Positions 53,932 through 63,723 of a DNA stretch of 64,000 nucleotides are shown here, one piece after another (positions within the stretch are counted from its first letter, which is position 1; every line of letters begins with the position of its first letter). Origin of the DNA: a virus (Duplodnaviria > Caudoviricetes); the IMG/VR virus record IMGVR_UViG_3300042888_002988, positions 1 to 64,000 of that record. One strand, written 5' to 3'. The notes under the pieces are model-generated. The model did not search any database. It was not told where the DNA came from and saw only the letters and a program-made list of their open reading frames with translations. The position numbers and the translations under genes are program-made.

Positions 53932-54159
53932 ATGCCAATCGCCCCGCTCCAACCACGCCTCGTAGGCGGGTTTCCACGCTTCGTTTTCAGTCGTGACGGC
54001 TCCCTGAAGGGGGAAGTCACGTCCACCACCCGCCGCTGCCAGCTGGAAGGCTGCAACGGCAAACGCTTGGGCGTCAAATGGCCCGACGGTCGCACCACGT
54101 ATCCATGCACCAAGGGGCTCGAGGGCACCGACGTTGAGGACACCTGGAAAATCGGATAA
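53932..54159 (+). CDS. hypothetical protein
   Basis: 75 aa; CQLEGC...YPCTKG. Confidence 0.6.
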   Translation: MPIAPLQPRLVGGFPRFVFSRDGSLKGEVTSTTRRCQLEGCNGKRLGVKWPDGRTTYPCTKGLEGTDVEDTWKIG

Positions 54160-54169
54160 CAACAACAAC

Positions 54170-54282
54170 ACCGGGGAGCCCGCAGGAAGCGGGATAGAAT
54201 CCGAGAAAGTGGGGCCCCCTCGAAAGGACAACGGTCGTAACCAGCCACCCACCTGCAGGTTCGAGTCCTGCCCCCGGTTCCA
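54170..54282 (+). ncRNA. tRNA-like RNA lacking a canonical anticodon arm
   Basis: Acceptor ACCGGGG/CCCCGGT, U73-CCA, T-arm GCAGG-TTCGAGT-CCTGC, D-like arm CCCGC-AGGAA-GCGGG. Confidence 0.75.
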
Positions 54283-54298
54283 CTCTACACCAACAAAT

Positions 54299-54940
54299 AT
54301 GAAGACCATCGATCAAATCGCATACACCGGCCTCCACTCCAAGGAGGGCAACGCACGCATGACACCCATGAGCAGATCGGAAACCGATCTGTTCCTGAAG
54401 TTGACCATGGGGGAAATGAGCAAGGGCAGCGGTCCGCCCGAAAAAGGCAGCCCTGAGGACAAGCTGCGGGACGAGCTGCTGAAAGAGACGATCACGAAGA
54501 TCATTACGTCACGCATTACAGGTTCGACCGGTCTGCCGTGGGAGGAAGTTGTCAGCTTCTCCGCCCTGGCGTTCATCGGATGCCTCGATGTCATAGAGAA
54601 CCCAGCGCAGTGCGTGCTGTGGGCTTACACACTGGTTTACATGCGGGCCGCCGAAGGTGAGGTCATCGACATGAACCTGCTGGCCCAGTGGTTCCCTGTG
54701 GGCTTCCCGCCGGCGGACTACTACCGTGACGTGTGGGACAAGCAGAAGGGGTATATGCTGCAGGTCGAGAACTGCGACAACTTCCTCGATCGCGGGGAGT
54801 GGTGGCAGGAACTGGCGGCTATCATCAACAAGTCCACGGAGAGGCCCACCATGGGACCGGCCCGTCCGCCAGTCGACACCAGCGACATCGTCGAGGTAGA
54901 TAGCGAAGATGAGATTCACGCGCCGACCCATGAAGCTTGA
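54299..54940 (+). CDS. hypothetical protein
   Basis: ATG at 54299 after the tRNA-like RNA. Confidence 0.65.
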   Translation: MKTIDQIAYTGLHSKEGNARMTPMSRSETDLFLKLTMGEMSKGSGPPEKGSPEDKLRDELLKETITKIITSRITGSTGLPWEEVVSFSALAFIGCLDVIENPAQCVLWAYTLVYMRAAEGEVIDMNLLAQWFPVGFPPADYYRDVWDKQKGYMLQVENCDNFLDRGEWWQELAAIINKSTERPTMGPARPPVDTSDIVEVDSEDEIHAPTHEA

Positions 54941-55493
54941 TCCGAACGAACGCAACGTAACGAATCGGCACTGGCTGCTGGCAGATCTTCACCTGGGGCA
55001 CCACAACGTCCTACGCCACGATAGTAGGCCGTGGGATGACATTATTGCTCACGATGCGGCGATGACCATTGCCTGCGCGGCGCCTGGCCAGAAAAACCGC
55101 ACGCTGTGGCTGCTGGGAGACATCGCCTCACGTAAGGCGGGGCTGGAGGAGTTCATGAAAGTCCAGCGTGGCCGTTGGGGGAAGATAATCCTGATCCGAG
55201 GCAACCACGACGACAAGATCGCGTGGCGGCACCGGGACTTGTTCGACGAGGCACACGAGGCGATCTACGTGCGCCTGACTCGCGATGTCAGGATGTATTT
55301 GAGCCACTACGCGCACCGCACCTGGCGCGGCTCGCACCGTGGAACGTATCACCTGCACGGCCACAGCCACGGCGCGCTACCTCGCCACGGCCGGTCGATG
55401 GACGTCGGCGCGCCGTGCGTTGGCTATAAGCCGATCTGCCTGACGGAATGCATCGAGATACTGGAAGCTGCACTACCAACCAATCATCACTGA
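54930..55493 (+). CDS. calcineurin-like metallophosphoesterase
   Basis: ADLHLGH, LLGD, RGNHD, SHY, HLHGHSH and DVG motifs. Confidence 0.9.
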   Translation: MKLDPNERNVTNRHWLLADLHLGHHNVLRHDSRPWDDIIAHDAAMTIACAAPGQKNRTLWLLGDIASRKAGLEEFMKVQRGRWGKIILIRGNHDDKIAWRHRDLFDEAHEAIYVRLTRDVRMYLSHYAHRTWRGSHRGTYHLHGHSHGALPRHGRSMDVGAPCVGYKPICLTECIEILEAALPTNHH

Positions 55494-55826
55494 ATGGCCA
55501 GCCCTGACAACCAAGAAAGCCTGACTGAGATCCAAAAGCTCCGGAATGAGTTAAAAGCCGAGCGCTGTAAGAACACACGCGCCGCCAATGAAATCAAAAG
55601 GCTCCAGCGTCTCCTGCACCCACCAAGCGTAGGAGAAGCAGTCGCAATGCGGTGCGGCTGGAAACTTTGGATACTGGACCCCGAACCTCGCGTGGTGCGG
55701 GGCAGCCCGCAATACATAGAATACGACGGGGACGAGCCTCCGATGCCGCTGATATACGACATCGACGGTCCGCACTACGACGACGAATACACTCATCACC
55801 GACTAAGACCAATCACTGACCCATAA
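55494..55826 (+). CDS. hypothetical protein
   Basis: 110-aa ORF with an N-terminal coiled coil. Confidence 0.5.
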   Translation: MASPDNQESLTEIQKLRNELKAERCKNTRAANEIKRLQRLLHPPSVGEAVAMRCGWKLWILDPEPRVVRGSPQYIEYDGDEPPMPLIYDIDGPHYDDEYTHHRLRPITDP

Positions 55827-57863
55827 ATGAACACTACCCTAACCCCACCAACTGACCCGGATACATTCTGGGCATCCGTAGACGCTCGCTTCCTCGAGAA
55901 AGTCGATCGCGTCTTTGACGCCTCGCCGAAAACCGTGTGGATCGAGCTGCTGCAGAACGCACGCCGCGCCGGCGCCGACAAGGTTTCCGTCAGCTTCACC
56001 AAAGTGGACGAGCACCACGTCGGCGTGCTGTTCGAGGACAACGGCTCCGGCTGTGACAGTCCTGAGATCCTGCTGCGCCTGGCCGCCCGCGGCTGGAGCC
56101 AGAACGTCGAGCACGAGGAGGATCCCGCCGGCATGGGGTTCTTCTGCCTGTCCAACTTCCCGACCGTGGAGGTCGCCTCACGCCTGTGGAGCACCACACT
56201 GACGCCGACCATCTTCCGCGGGGCCGAGCCTGCCCGCCGTCAGATCAACACTGACTTCGCGCAGGGGATGGTGGTGAACTGGGTGTGGGAGGGCGTAGAC
56301 GTCAGCACGCTGGACATCAAGCTGCGTGAGGCCGCCGAGTTCTGCGGACTGAAGGAGGTGGACATCTACGCCGAGGGTGTGAAGCAGATCGCCATAGTTC
56401 CCGGTGACTTCATGGCCGGCTGCACCATGTTCCGGGACATTCCCGAGCTGGGCGTCAGGATCGGCGCACGGGAGCCAGACGCCAGGGAGCGTTACCTCTA
56501 CGACTTCGGCCACCCCAGGATCAAGCTGAACTTCCGCGGCGTGGTATTGGAATGGGTGAGCAATGCGATGGGTGATTACTTGCCGAACATCGCCAGGAGC
56601 CACGTGCAGCTCCACGTCGAAGTGGCGCACACACGGGAGCTGCAGCTGGTGTTGCCGGCCCGCAATGCTGTGAAGCACAACGCTGCTAGGGCGGCCCTGC
56701 TGGAGGCGTGCGAGAAGCTGGTCTACGAGTGGATCAACGACCACGCGACACCCACCAAAGGCCGCGGAACGGTAGGTCACAAGCTGCCGTTCAGTATCTA
56801 CCGGAGGGCACTGGACAAGTTCGGGGTGGACCTGGGCGAGGCTGAGTTCGATCTAAGCCAGGTGTCGTATCACAGCAGCTCCACGACAGGTCTGAAGCTG
56901 CTGGCGCACCCGGATGCGCAGCGGTGGCAGGACTTCGAGACGGTGCTCGGACTCTACAACCGCGAGCATGTCGGCAAGGAGTCGTTCCTGATCCCCTTCA
57001 CGCCCAACAACGACATGCAGGGTTACTCGTGGTATGACGAGCTGCCGAAGCTGACCGACATCATCCTGCGCGTGGACGGGCGTGAGATGCGACTTGAGGA
57101 GCTTGCGGAGTGCCAGTTCGACAAGCACGAGGACAAGCAGTTCCACGAGTTCGTGGAGGACATCGAAGTGGAGTTCGCGGTGGACAACGGAGAATCCTAC
57201 AAGTTCAAACCGGCCGCTGTCGTCGCCGGTGAGAGCACGGTGAACTACTTCGACGCGCTGGACCGGGATGTTCACATCTTCCTGTCCCGCACCATCCTGA
57301 CGGATCCGAAGGTGATGTATGCGACCATGGACCGGCTGAGCGGGTGCTTATTTGAGCCCAGCGGCGATTCGGAAGACAGCTCTGAGGCGCAGTCGGAAGA
57401 GTTCGATAAAGACCTGGCGGCTTGGATCCTGAGGTTGTGTGACCGCCGGAAAGAGGCGCTGCTTCACATCCTGGAGCAGGAGGCGCGCAACATCGGCTAC
57501 GACGTGCGCGATGCCTCACTGAGCTGGACCATCCGCTACGATGGCAGGTTCCACGAGGAAGAGGACTTCCCGGGTATGCAGGTCATCAGTTTCCAATACA
57601 GCAAGGAGGAGGCTGACAACCACAAGTTCCTGTGCGCCGAGCCCCGCGGCACGGACAGCTGGATCGAGGAGGTCGTGTCGGAGACTGAGATCACCCACGC
57701 GCGCATCGAAGCCTACCTGCGCATTCAGCGCGAGTTCGATGACGATGACGGGTGGATCCTTGATAGCCCGCGCAAGCCCGTCGACTTGGACAAGTGGGAG
57801 AAGGAGAACCAGGAGAAACTTGCTGCTTACGAGAGTGAGCGCGAGGACGACGCCGACGTGTAA
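55827..57863 (+). CDS. GHKL (HSP90-like) ATPase domain protein
   Basis: ELLQNARRAGA, FEDNGSG and EDPAGMGFFCL motifs. Confidence 0.85.
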   Translation: MNTTLTPPTDPDTFWASVDARFLEKVDRVFDASPKTVWIELLQNARRAGADKVSVSFTKVDEHHVGVLFEDNGSGCDSPEILLRLAARGWSQNVEHEEDPAGMGFFCLSNFPTVEVASRLWSTTLTPTIFRGAEPARRQINTDFAQGMVVNWVWEGVDVSTLDIKLREAAEFCGLKEVDIYAEGVKQIAIVPGDFMAGCTMFRDIPELGVRIGAREPDARERYLYDFGHPRIKLNFRGVVLEWVSNAMGDYLPNIARSHVQLHVEVAHTRELQLVLPARNAVKHNAARAALLEACEKLVYEWINDHATPTKGRGTVGHKLPFSIYRRALDKFGVDLGEAEFDLSQVSYHSSSTTGLKLLAHPDAQRWQDFETVLGLYNREHVGKESFLIPFTPNNDMQGYSWYDELPKLTDIILRVDGREMRLEELAECQFDKHEDKQFHEFVEDIEVEFAVDNGESYKFKPAAVVAGESTVNYFDALDRDVHIFLSRTILTDPKVMYATMDRLSGCLFEPSGDSEDSSEAQSEEFDKDLAAWILRLCDRRKEALLHILEQEARNIGYDVRDASLSWTIRYDGRFHEEEDFPGMQVISFQYSKEEADNHKFLCAEPRGTDSWIEEVVSETEITHARIEAYLRIQREFDDDDGWILDSPRKPVDLDKWEKENQEKLAAYESEREDDADV

Positions 57864-57878
57864 AGAAACGTGCCGAAT

Positions 57879-57907
57879 TTGAACAGATCGAGGACCACGT
57901 GTATAAA
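57879..57907 (+). promoter_or_regulatory. sigma70-type promoter
   Basis: TTGAAC-N17-TATAAA. Confidence 0.55.
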
Positions 57908-57927
57908 AAAGCTAAAAAATTGAACAT

Positions 57928-58752
57928 ATGTCATCAGCCACCCATCACCACCCAGATCCCAACCTACCCAACGAAATCAAATTCGACATCGGGGGCAAAA
58001 CTGTCCTGCTCCTGACTGTCGAGGGCATGACCTACAACGGTCAGTTCATCCAGGACGCCGGCGAAGCTCACAAGGCTATGGTGAACGTCCTCGCGGCAGC
58101 CGGAGACGCGCAGGCCCAGTATCGCGACACACAGGTCCAGCGCCTCATACAGGAGGTGCGCGAATTCGCCAAATGGAGCGAGGGCATCTTCCATGAGTAT
58201 GCCAACCTCAAGCCTGACGATTGCGACGCGCCTGAAGTGCAGGCAGAGACGGCGGCCAGCATCGATGAAGACCGTCAATACCTGCAGCGTTTCATGGCCG
58301 CGCTTAATTTGACACCGGAGGGTGAAGAAGAGGACGAGGACGAGGCCTGGATCTACACCGCGGAGTATCTCAACGAGATCATCACCTACGGTATGGTGGA
58401 AGGCGGCTACATGCCCGACTCGAACATCCTCCTCACACCGCCGGGACCGAGCCGGGAGGAGATGCTGGAGTCCGTGCGGAAGGCGATCCGCTGCCACACC
58501 GACGACATCGACCCGAACATGCCGCCTTGGGTCATCAAAGCCCTGCGGGAAATGCTCGAGGACGAAGTGTTGCTTCTCACGCTGTATCACGAGGTCTGCG
58601 CCACCGGGTGGATGGAGGGGAGACGGCTGTTCGAAGGCTGCGCGCTGCAGAGCTGGACGCCGGAACCTGATGCCCCGGACGCCCTGCAACGCATACGCGT
58701 GTTCAGGGACCGGTGCGTGCCGCCAACCAAGCCCGAGGAGGTGGAGGCGTGA
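57928..58752 (+). CDS. hypothetical protein
   Basis: 274-aa ORF. Confidence 0.65.
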   Translation: MSSATHHHPDPNLPNEIKFDIGGKTVLLLTVEGMTYNGQFIQDAGEAHKAMVNVLAAAGDAQAQYRDTQVQRLIQEVREFAKWSEGIFHEYANLKPDDCDAPEVQAETAASIDEDRQYLQRFMAALNLTPEGEEEDEDEAWIYTAEYLNEIITYGMVEGGYMPDSNILLTPPGPSREEMLESVRKAIRCHTDDIDPNMPPWVIKALREMLEDEVLLLTLYHEVCATGWMEGRRLFEGCALQSWTPEPDAPDALQRIRVFRDRCVPPTKPEEVEA

Positions 58753-59012
58753 CACCGCACGAGGCGTTCTCCCGCAAGAGGCTGCTGGCGCTCATCAAGG
58801 AGGTCACGCAGGCCATGGGTGAGCAGTATACGGACGACGCGCTGGATGCGTTGGTGCACGACTGCTTCGCGGAGCAGTCGGCAGAGGTCAACAACAGCGG
58901 CAAGCCAGCGCAGATTGAGTGCTTGCTCAAGCACGGCTGGACGCCCGAGGACATCCTCGGCCGCCTGCGCATACAGAAGGAAGACGCTGCAGAAGAGGAG
59001 GACGAGTCATGA
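58749..59012 (+). CDS. hypothetical protein
   Basis: GTG start; ASEVNN-like AEVNNSGKPAQIECLL motif. Confidence 0.6.
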   Translation: MTPHEAFSRKRLLALIKEVTQAMGEQYTDDALDALVHDCFAEQSAEVNNSGKPAQIECLLKHGWTPEDILGRLRIQKEDAAEEEDES

Positions 59013-59548
59013 TCTACACCGTTGGATACGAGGTAGGATACGATGAGCAGCTCGCCGGCCCCAACGCGCACAAGTTCGACAAGGTCGGGCGCAACGGCAG
59101 CTACCCCGGTGGCTTCGCGGTGCGCACGCCCTTGGAGGCTGCCAGGCTGATCCAAGAGTGGGGCAAGAAAGGCGAGTGGGCCACCTACGAGGTGGATGCT
59201 GACTGGGAGATGGACACCAAGCCGTCCCTGCAAGGCTGGTGGCATGCTTTGCAGCGGAACGCCCGGATCCTCCGCAAGGTGGAAACGCCCGAGCTGCTGC
59301 CGCCGCACCCGGAGCACTGGCACATGGAGTATCAGTCGGTTGTCAATGTCCGCATCATCGCGCCTATGGAGGAGCAGGACGTTGTCCTCAACTGGTTCTA
59401 TGACCGGGGAGGTAGGACGCTCCGGAGTGGTCCGTTGATAGTGGCCTTCCCGCACGTGGATTCATCGCAGCTGGATATCAGCGGATGGATCCCGCTGACG
59501 GGATCTGCCTTGCAGCCGGAGCCATATTCCGATAAGGAGGAGCTATGA
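59009..59548 (+). CDS. hypothetical protein
   Basis: ATGA-coupled ORF. Confidence 0.6.
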   Translation: MIYTVGYEVGYDEQLAGPNAHKFDKVGRNGSYPGGFAVRTPLEAARLIQEWGKKGEWATYEVDADWEMDTKPSLQGWWHALQRNARILRKVETPELLPPHPEHWHMEYQSVVNVRIIAPMEEQDVVLNWFYDRGGRTLRSGPLIVAFPHVDSSQLDISGWIPLTGSALQPEPYSDKEEL

Positions 59549-59658
59549 AAGATCCGGAGTTCCCAGCTATTGTGGTGTTCGTCTGCGGCACACTGCTGCT
59601 TATCCTAGCGATCGGCTCCAAAATACTCCTATGGCTGAAGCCAGACCTATTCAGATGA
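59545..59658 (+). CDS. 37-aa membrane peptide
   Basis: AAGGAGG Shine-Dalgarno; MKDPEFPAIVVFVCGTLLLILAIGSKILLWLKPDLFR. Confidence 0.55.
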   Translation: MKDPEFPAIVVFVCGTLLLILAIGSKILLWLKPDLFR

Positions 59659-59667
59659 TCTACATCC

Positions 59668-60228
59668 TCACGAGTCGTATAGTGCTTTCAATATGGTTTT
59701 ACCGGCTGTCGCTGACCAGTTTGCGGCGCTCTCCTGTGAGTTCGTCAACCTCGCGTCGAAATGGGGGAAAGTAGGCCATTCGACTTCGCTGCCGTGCGCG
59801 ACATTGATCTGCTCCGGTAGGTCGTCCCGCTGAAGCAGCACCATCTTGGCACCCGCCGCGCGCAGAGCTTCGTATTCGTTAATGAATCGGCAGTCGTCGA
59901 TCACGACTCTGTGTCCGTGTTGTGTGAGCGATACCGCGCGCCGGATGGCTGCGTTCACCCAGATGCCGTTGCCGATGGAGTTGCGGCCCCACTCGGTACC
60001 CAGCGTCTGCAGGGTGTGACGCAGGGTGCGACCTTCGAGTGCATCCATCGGCTCGTTCTTGGGCAGCTGGCGAACCTTGTGGATCGGCAGTCGCAGCAAT
60101 GCGGCTACCATATCGTAAAGCGGGTCAGCGAACGCCACGCGCGTGAAGTTGAAGCGATCAACCAAGGATTGCGCCGCAGTGGTCTTACCGACCTGTTGCG
60201 GCCCGCAGAGTGCGATGATGTCGGGCAT
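59668..60228 (-). CDS. deoxynucleoside monophosphate kinase (T4 gp1/T5 dnk-like)
   Basis: IIALCGPQQVGKT P-loop, FADPL, LQTLGTEWGR and VIDDCRFINE. Confidence 0.9.
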   Translation of the reverse strand: MPDIIALCGPQQVGKTTAAQSLVDRFNFTRVAFADPLYDMVAALLRLPIHKVRQLPKNEPMDALEGRTLRHTLQTLGTEWGRNSIGNGIWVNAAIRRAVSLTQHGHRVVIDDCRFINEYEALRAAGAKMVLLQRDDLPEQINVAHGSEVEWPTFPHFDARLTNSQESAANWSATAGKTILKALYDS

Positions 60229-60289
60229 GCCGCTACTTCGGCGCAGCCCACCATCAACGTCAAGAGGAGATTCAATAAATTGAACGATC

Positions 60290-60907
60290 ATGTATAAACA
60301 AATCATCCCATGCCCCGTCTGCGAGGGGTTCGTTACGGTCACCACCGACTTCGTCTGCGACAAGTGCGGGCCAGCTACCAAGGTGCCCTACTGGAACCTG
60401 AAGGAGTCACGTAAAAAAGATCGCGAGATCATGCTCCGGGCCATGCAGAGGCTCTGCGAGAAGTTCGGCGTGCCCTACGAGCTCGACCGGGAGTTCCTCG
60501 GCAACACCCGGGCGGTCGCCATCGGCATCCGCGGTCCCACCGGTCTGGCGCTGACGATCGACTTCGACGGCAACTCCTGTCAGTCAGACGTGTTCGTCCT
60601 GCCTTGGCACATGATGACCGACAGTCGGTTCGACAACAACGTCATCAGGAGCGACTTCGCGCAGAGCCGCAACGAGTATCACAAGCGCAAGGCCACCGAC
60701 GTATTCAGGGGCTTTGAGCGGCTGATCCGCGTCATGAGCGTCCGCCTGCAGCGCATTGCTGACGGCACCGCCACCGAGATCGGCGAGCCAACCAAGCCGA
60801 TCCCATGGGCAACCTTGCCTCCCGGGTTCAATGCTGAAGCCTTGGGGCACGACCGCGCTACACAAATCATCGAGGAACTTCAGAGCGAAGCCTCACAACC
60901 ACTCTGA
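60290..60907 (+). CDS. hypothetical protein with N-terminal zinc ribbon
   Basis: CPVC...CDKC motifs. Confidence 0.65.
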   Translation: MYKQIIPCPVCEGFVTVTTDFVCDKCGPATKVPYWNLKESRKKDREIMLRAMQRLCEKFGVPYELDREFLGNTRAVAIGIRGPTGLALTIDFDGNSCQSDVFVLPWHMMTDSRFDNNVIRSDFAQSRNEYHKRKATDVFRGFERLIRVMSVRLQRIADGTATEIGEPTKPIPWATLPPGFNAEALGHDRATQIIEELQSEASQPL

Positions 60908-60936
60908 GCCGGCAGAAATATCCGGCACCAAACAAA

Positions 60937-62964
60937 ATGAGCACTACTGCACCAACACCAACCGTCCCAGTCGATAGCGTCTTTCACAAGGCGAAGACGC
61001 TGGTCGAAACCCGATACAAGCAAATGATTGAAAGCGGACGCCTGCTCCTGCAGGTGGAAGTGGACAAGGACGAACTCTGGAAGGCCTACCACGACGGCTT
61101 CACCGATCCCGAGATCAAGCTCGAGCACCAGTGCTCCGCCTGCCGTAACTTCATCAAGGCGATCGGAGGGCTCGTGACCTTCAATGCCGAGCTGGAGATG
61201 ACGACGCTGTGGGACTTCCGCGGCCAGTCGGATATCCCGGAAGTCTACCTGGCTTCGTTCGATGCCCTCGACCGCTACGTCCGCAGCCGCCCGATCGAGG
61301 GACTGTTCAGCCACGTCGAGCCCAGTGCCGGCGTGAACCAGAACCTCGACAAAGACCGCAGCGTCATCTGGCAGCACTACTTCGCCAAGCTCCCCGCGAT
61401 CGCCTTCAACAAGGACAACGTGGTCGGCCGCAAGTCTGCGGAGCTGCGTGACAGCAAGAACGTCCTGGTGCGTTCGATCACCGAGATCAGCGAGGATGCG
61501 GTGCAGACCGTGCGCGAGCTGATTGCTCAGGACTCTCTGCCGCGGGGCCGGGAATACTCGGCGATCATCGAGCAGCTGTGGGCGTCGCAGATCGCCTACA
61601 AGGATGTCCGCGAGGAGGATCGGGACGCCTGGGCCTGGCTCAAGGCGCACGACGTCGGTCCCGCGCTGGCCCGTGCGCGCAACACGGCCGTCGGTGCGCT
61701 CTTGCAGGATCTCACTGCCGGACGTGACCTCGAAGGCGCAGTGGCCGCCTACGACCGCATCATGGCCCCCACCAGCTTCAAACGGCCGACCGCCTTGGTC
61801 ACGCCGCGTATGCTGGAAACCGCCAAGGCCCGCCTGCAGGAGCTGGACCTCATGTCCGCACTTGATCGCCGTCGCCTGGACACCCGGGACCTGACGGTGG
61901 CCAATGCGCTCTACGTGTATCGCCCTACCACATCCGGCAAGGACGTGTTCGCCCAGATCGCGGACGAGACGCCGGTGCAGGCGAAGACGCTTGAGAAGGT
62001 GGAGCGCATCGGTATCGATGACTTCGTTGCCAATGTCCTGCCTACCGCCAAGCGCATCCGTGTGCTGGTGGAGCGCGAACACATGGGGCACTTCGTGACG
62101 CTCACCGGCGCGGTGGATCCCGAGGCGAAGAACATGATGAAGCACGACAACAGCTTCAGCTTCAGCTACGCCGGCGGTGTGGCTGACGCGATCAAGGAGC
62201 GTGTGAAGCGTGAGGGCGGCAATGTGAACGGCTGGATGCGTGCGTCCCTCGCCTGGCACAACTATGACGACCTCGACCTGCACTTCCAGGGCGGTGGCGA
62301 GCACGTTTACTTCAGCAACAAGCGCGGCCGGCTCGCCTGGCTCGATGTTGATATGAATGCTGGCGGGGGCTCCACTCGTGAGCCTGTGGAGAACATCACC
62401 TGCGACAAGCAGCTGCCAGCCGGTAGCTATGAAGTCTGGGTGAATCAATACAACCGCCGGGAAGAGCGCGATTCGGGATTCGAGCTGGAGATCGAGGCCA
62501 ATGGCTCGACCTTCAACTTCGGGTCCCCTACGTCGCCCCGCGTCGACTCGGAGCGCATCAAGTTCACGGTCGACAAGGACGGCAACGTCAACATCGGCGA
62601 GACCGCGATGTCGAAGTCGCACAGCGGCATGGTGAAGTGGGGCGTCAAGACCGGCACGTTCGTGCAGGTCAAGGCGATCACACTCAGCCCGAACCACTGG
62701 ACCAAGCCCGTGGGCCTCAAGCACTGGTTCTTCCTGCTGGATGGTTGCGTCAGCGACGAGCAGACCCGGCCGTTCTTCAATGAGCACCTCTGCGCCGAGC
62801 TGGCAAAGGACCGCAAGGTCACCGAGGTGCTGGCCAGCAAGATCCAGGTCGCGCCTGCTGAAGGGGCTGAGCTCTCCGGGCTCGGCTTCAGTGAGTCCAA
62901 CCGCAACCACATCTACGTGGAAGTGGAAGGGCAATTCAAGCGGACACTGAAGGTGCTATTCTGA
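60937..62964 (+). CDS. large conserved phage protein with C-terminal YfaP/DUF2135-like beta domain
   Basis: RASLAWHNYDDLDLH...LDVDMNAG...VENI...GSYEVWVNQY. Confidence 0.65.
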   Translation: MSTTAPTPTVPVDSVFHKAKTLVETRYKQMIESGRLLLQVEVDKDELWKAYHDGFTDPEIKLEHQCSACRNFIKAIGGLVTFNAELEMTTLWDFRGQSDIPEVYLASFDALDRYVRSRPIEGLFSHVEPSAGVNQNLDKDRSVIWQHYFAKLPAIAFNKDNVVGRKSAELRDSKNVLVRSITEISEDAVQTVRELIAQDSLPRGREYSAIIEQLWASQIAYKDVREEDRDAWAWLKAHDVGPALARARNTAVGALLQDLTAGRDLEGAVAAYDRIMAPTSFKRPTALVTPRMLETAKARLQELDLMSALDRRRLDTRDLTVANALYVYRPTTSGKDVFAQIADETPVQAKTLEKVERIGIDDFVANVLPTAKRIRVLVEREHMGHFVTLTGAVDPEAKNMMKHDNSFSFSYAGGVADAIKERVKREGGNVNGWMRASLAWHNYDDLDLHFQGGGEHVYFSNKRGRLAWLDVDMNAGGGSTREPVENITCDKQLPAGSYEVWVNQYNRREERDSGFELEIEANGSTFNFGSPTSPRVDSERIKFTVDKDGNVNIGETAMSKSHSGMVKWGVKTGTFVQVKAITLSPNHWTKPVGLKHWFFLLDGCVSDEQTRPFFNEHLCAELAKDRKVTEVLASKIQVAPAEGAELSGLGFSESNRNHIYVEVEGQFKRTLKVLF

Positions 62965-63503
62965 TGCTGATCAACAAGCTCAAAACCGACATCGCTTCCA
63001 ACGACATCGCTTGGGCTATCCAAAGCCGCATCGCCAACTCGCGCTTCACCGCTGAGGTGGAGCCGAGAAGGCGTGCGGTCAAGATACTCCAGGTGCGCCT
63101 GCGGAAGAAGAAGATGTATTGCGGTAACCACCCGAAGGCCTGCGAAGCAATCGGTGGCGCGCCCCACTGTCGAAGAGACTACCTGGAAGGCGCGGATTGG
63201 GTCGAATTCAACGACCTGGTCAACGACGTCCTGGATAGGCTCAACGTCGAGTGCAGCGTGAAGACTTCGCAATGCATCCTGCGGAAGGGCCGGCTGCGTC
63301 GCGCTGAGTATGATGCCAACGAACAGTTCTTTAACGGCACCTGGAAGTGGGACATGGACGGTCCTGACTCCCATTACGTGGACAACTGCGGGAACGAAGA
63401 GGCCGACAAGGTCCTGAGCAAGTTCCCGTTCGGAACACCCGGGATTGACGAGCGGCAGGAATACTTCTGCGTAGGAGCGCACGACCACGATCATGCCCAC
63501 TGA
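62964..63503 (+). CDS. hypothetical protein
   Basis: TGATG-coupled; YCGNHP and LEGADWVEFNDLVNDVLD. Confidence 0.7.
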   Translation: MLINKLKTDIASNDIAWAIQSRIANSRFTAEVEPRRRAVKILQVRLRKKKMYCGNHPKACEAIGGAPHCRRDYLEGADWVEFNDLVNDVLDRLNVECSVKTSQCILRKGRLRRAEYDANEQFFNGTWKWDMDGPDSHYVDNCGNEEADKVLSKFPFGTPGIDERQEYFCVGAHDHDHAH

Positions 63504-63723
63504 GTTCAACCTGAGAAACGTCTTGGTCGCGGGTAGCGTCATCGTCGTGGGAGCCCACATCGTGACAGGTGGGTTGATGTGGCTGGTGGGCGCTGCATCC
63601 AACGAGCAGACCATTGGTTTCATGGTCGGCGCGGCCGGCGGAACAGCGTGCGTCTGGATCGCCTACGTCTTCGGCTTGTTCTGCCGGTGGCTACGCCGCA
63701 AGCAAGTGGAGGGCGATCAGTGA
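63493..63723 (+). CDS. small two-TM membrane protein
   Basis: Two hydrophobic helices and a basic C-terminal tail. Confidence 0.6.
   Translation: MPTEFNLRNVLVAGSVIVVGAHIVTGGLMWLVGAASNEQTIGFMVGAAGGTACVWIAYVFGLFCRWLRRKQVEGDQ

Noticed and set aside
54170-54282. tmRNA or two-piece tmRNA interpretation of the tRNA-like RNA
   Set aside because: No G3:U70 pair, no A73, no tag reading frame, and the gene order is not permuted.
60880-62934. Long minus-strand ORFs in the track (also 36389-37714, 30099-31400, 17894-19072 and many shorter ones)
   Set aside because: They are antisense shadows of well-supported + strand genes, an expected result of high third-position GC, and carry no recognisable motifs.
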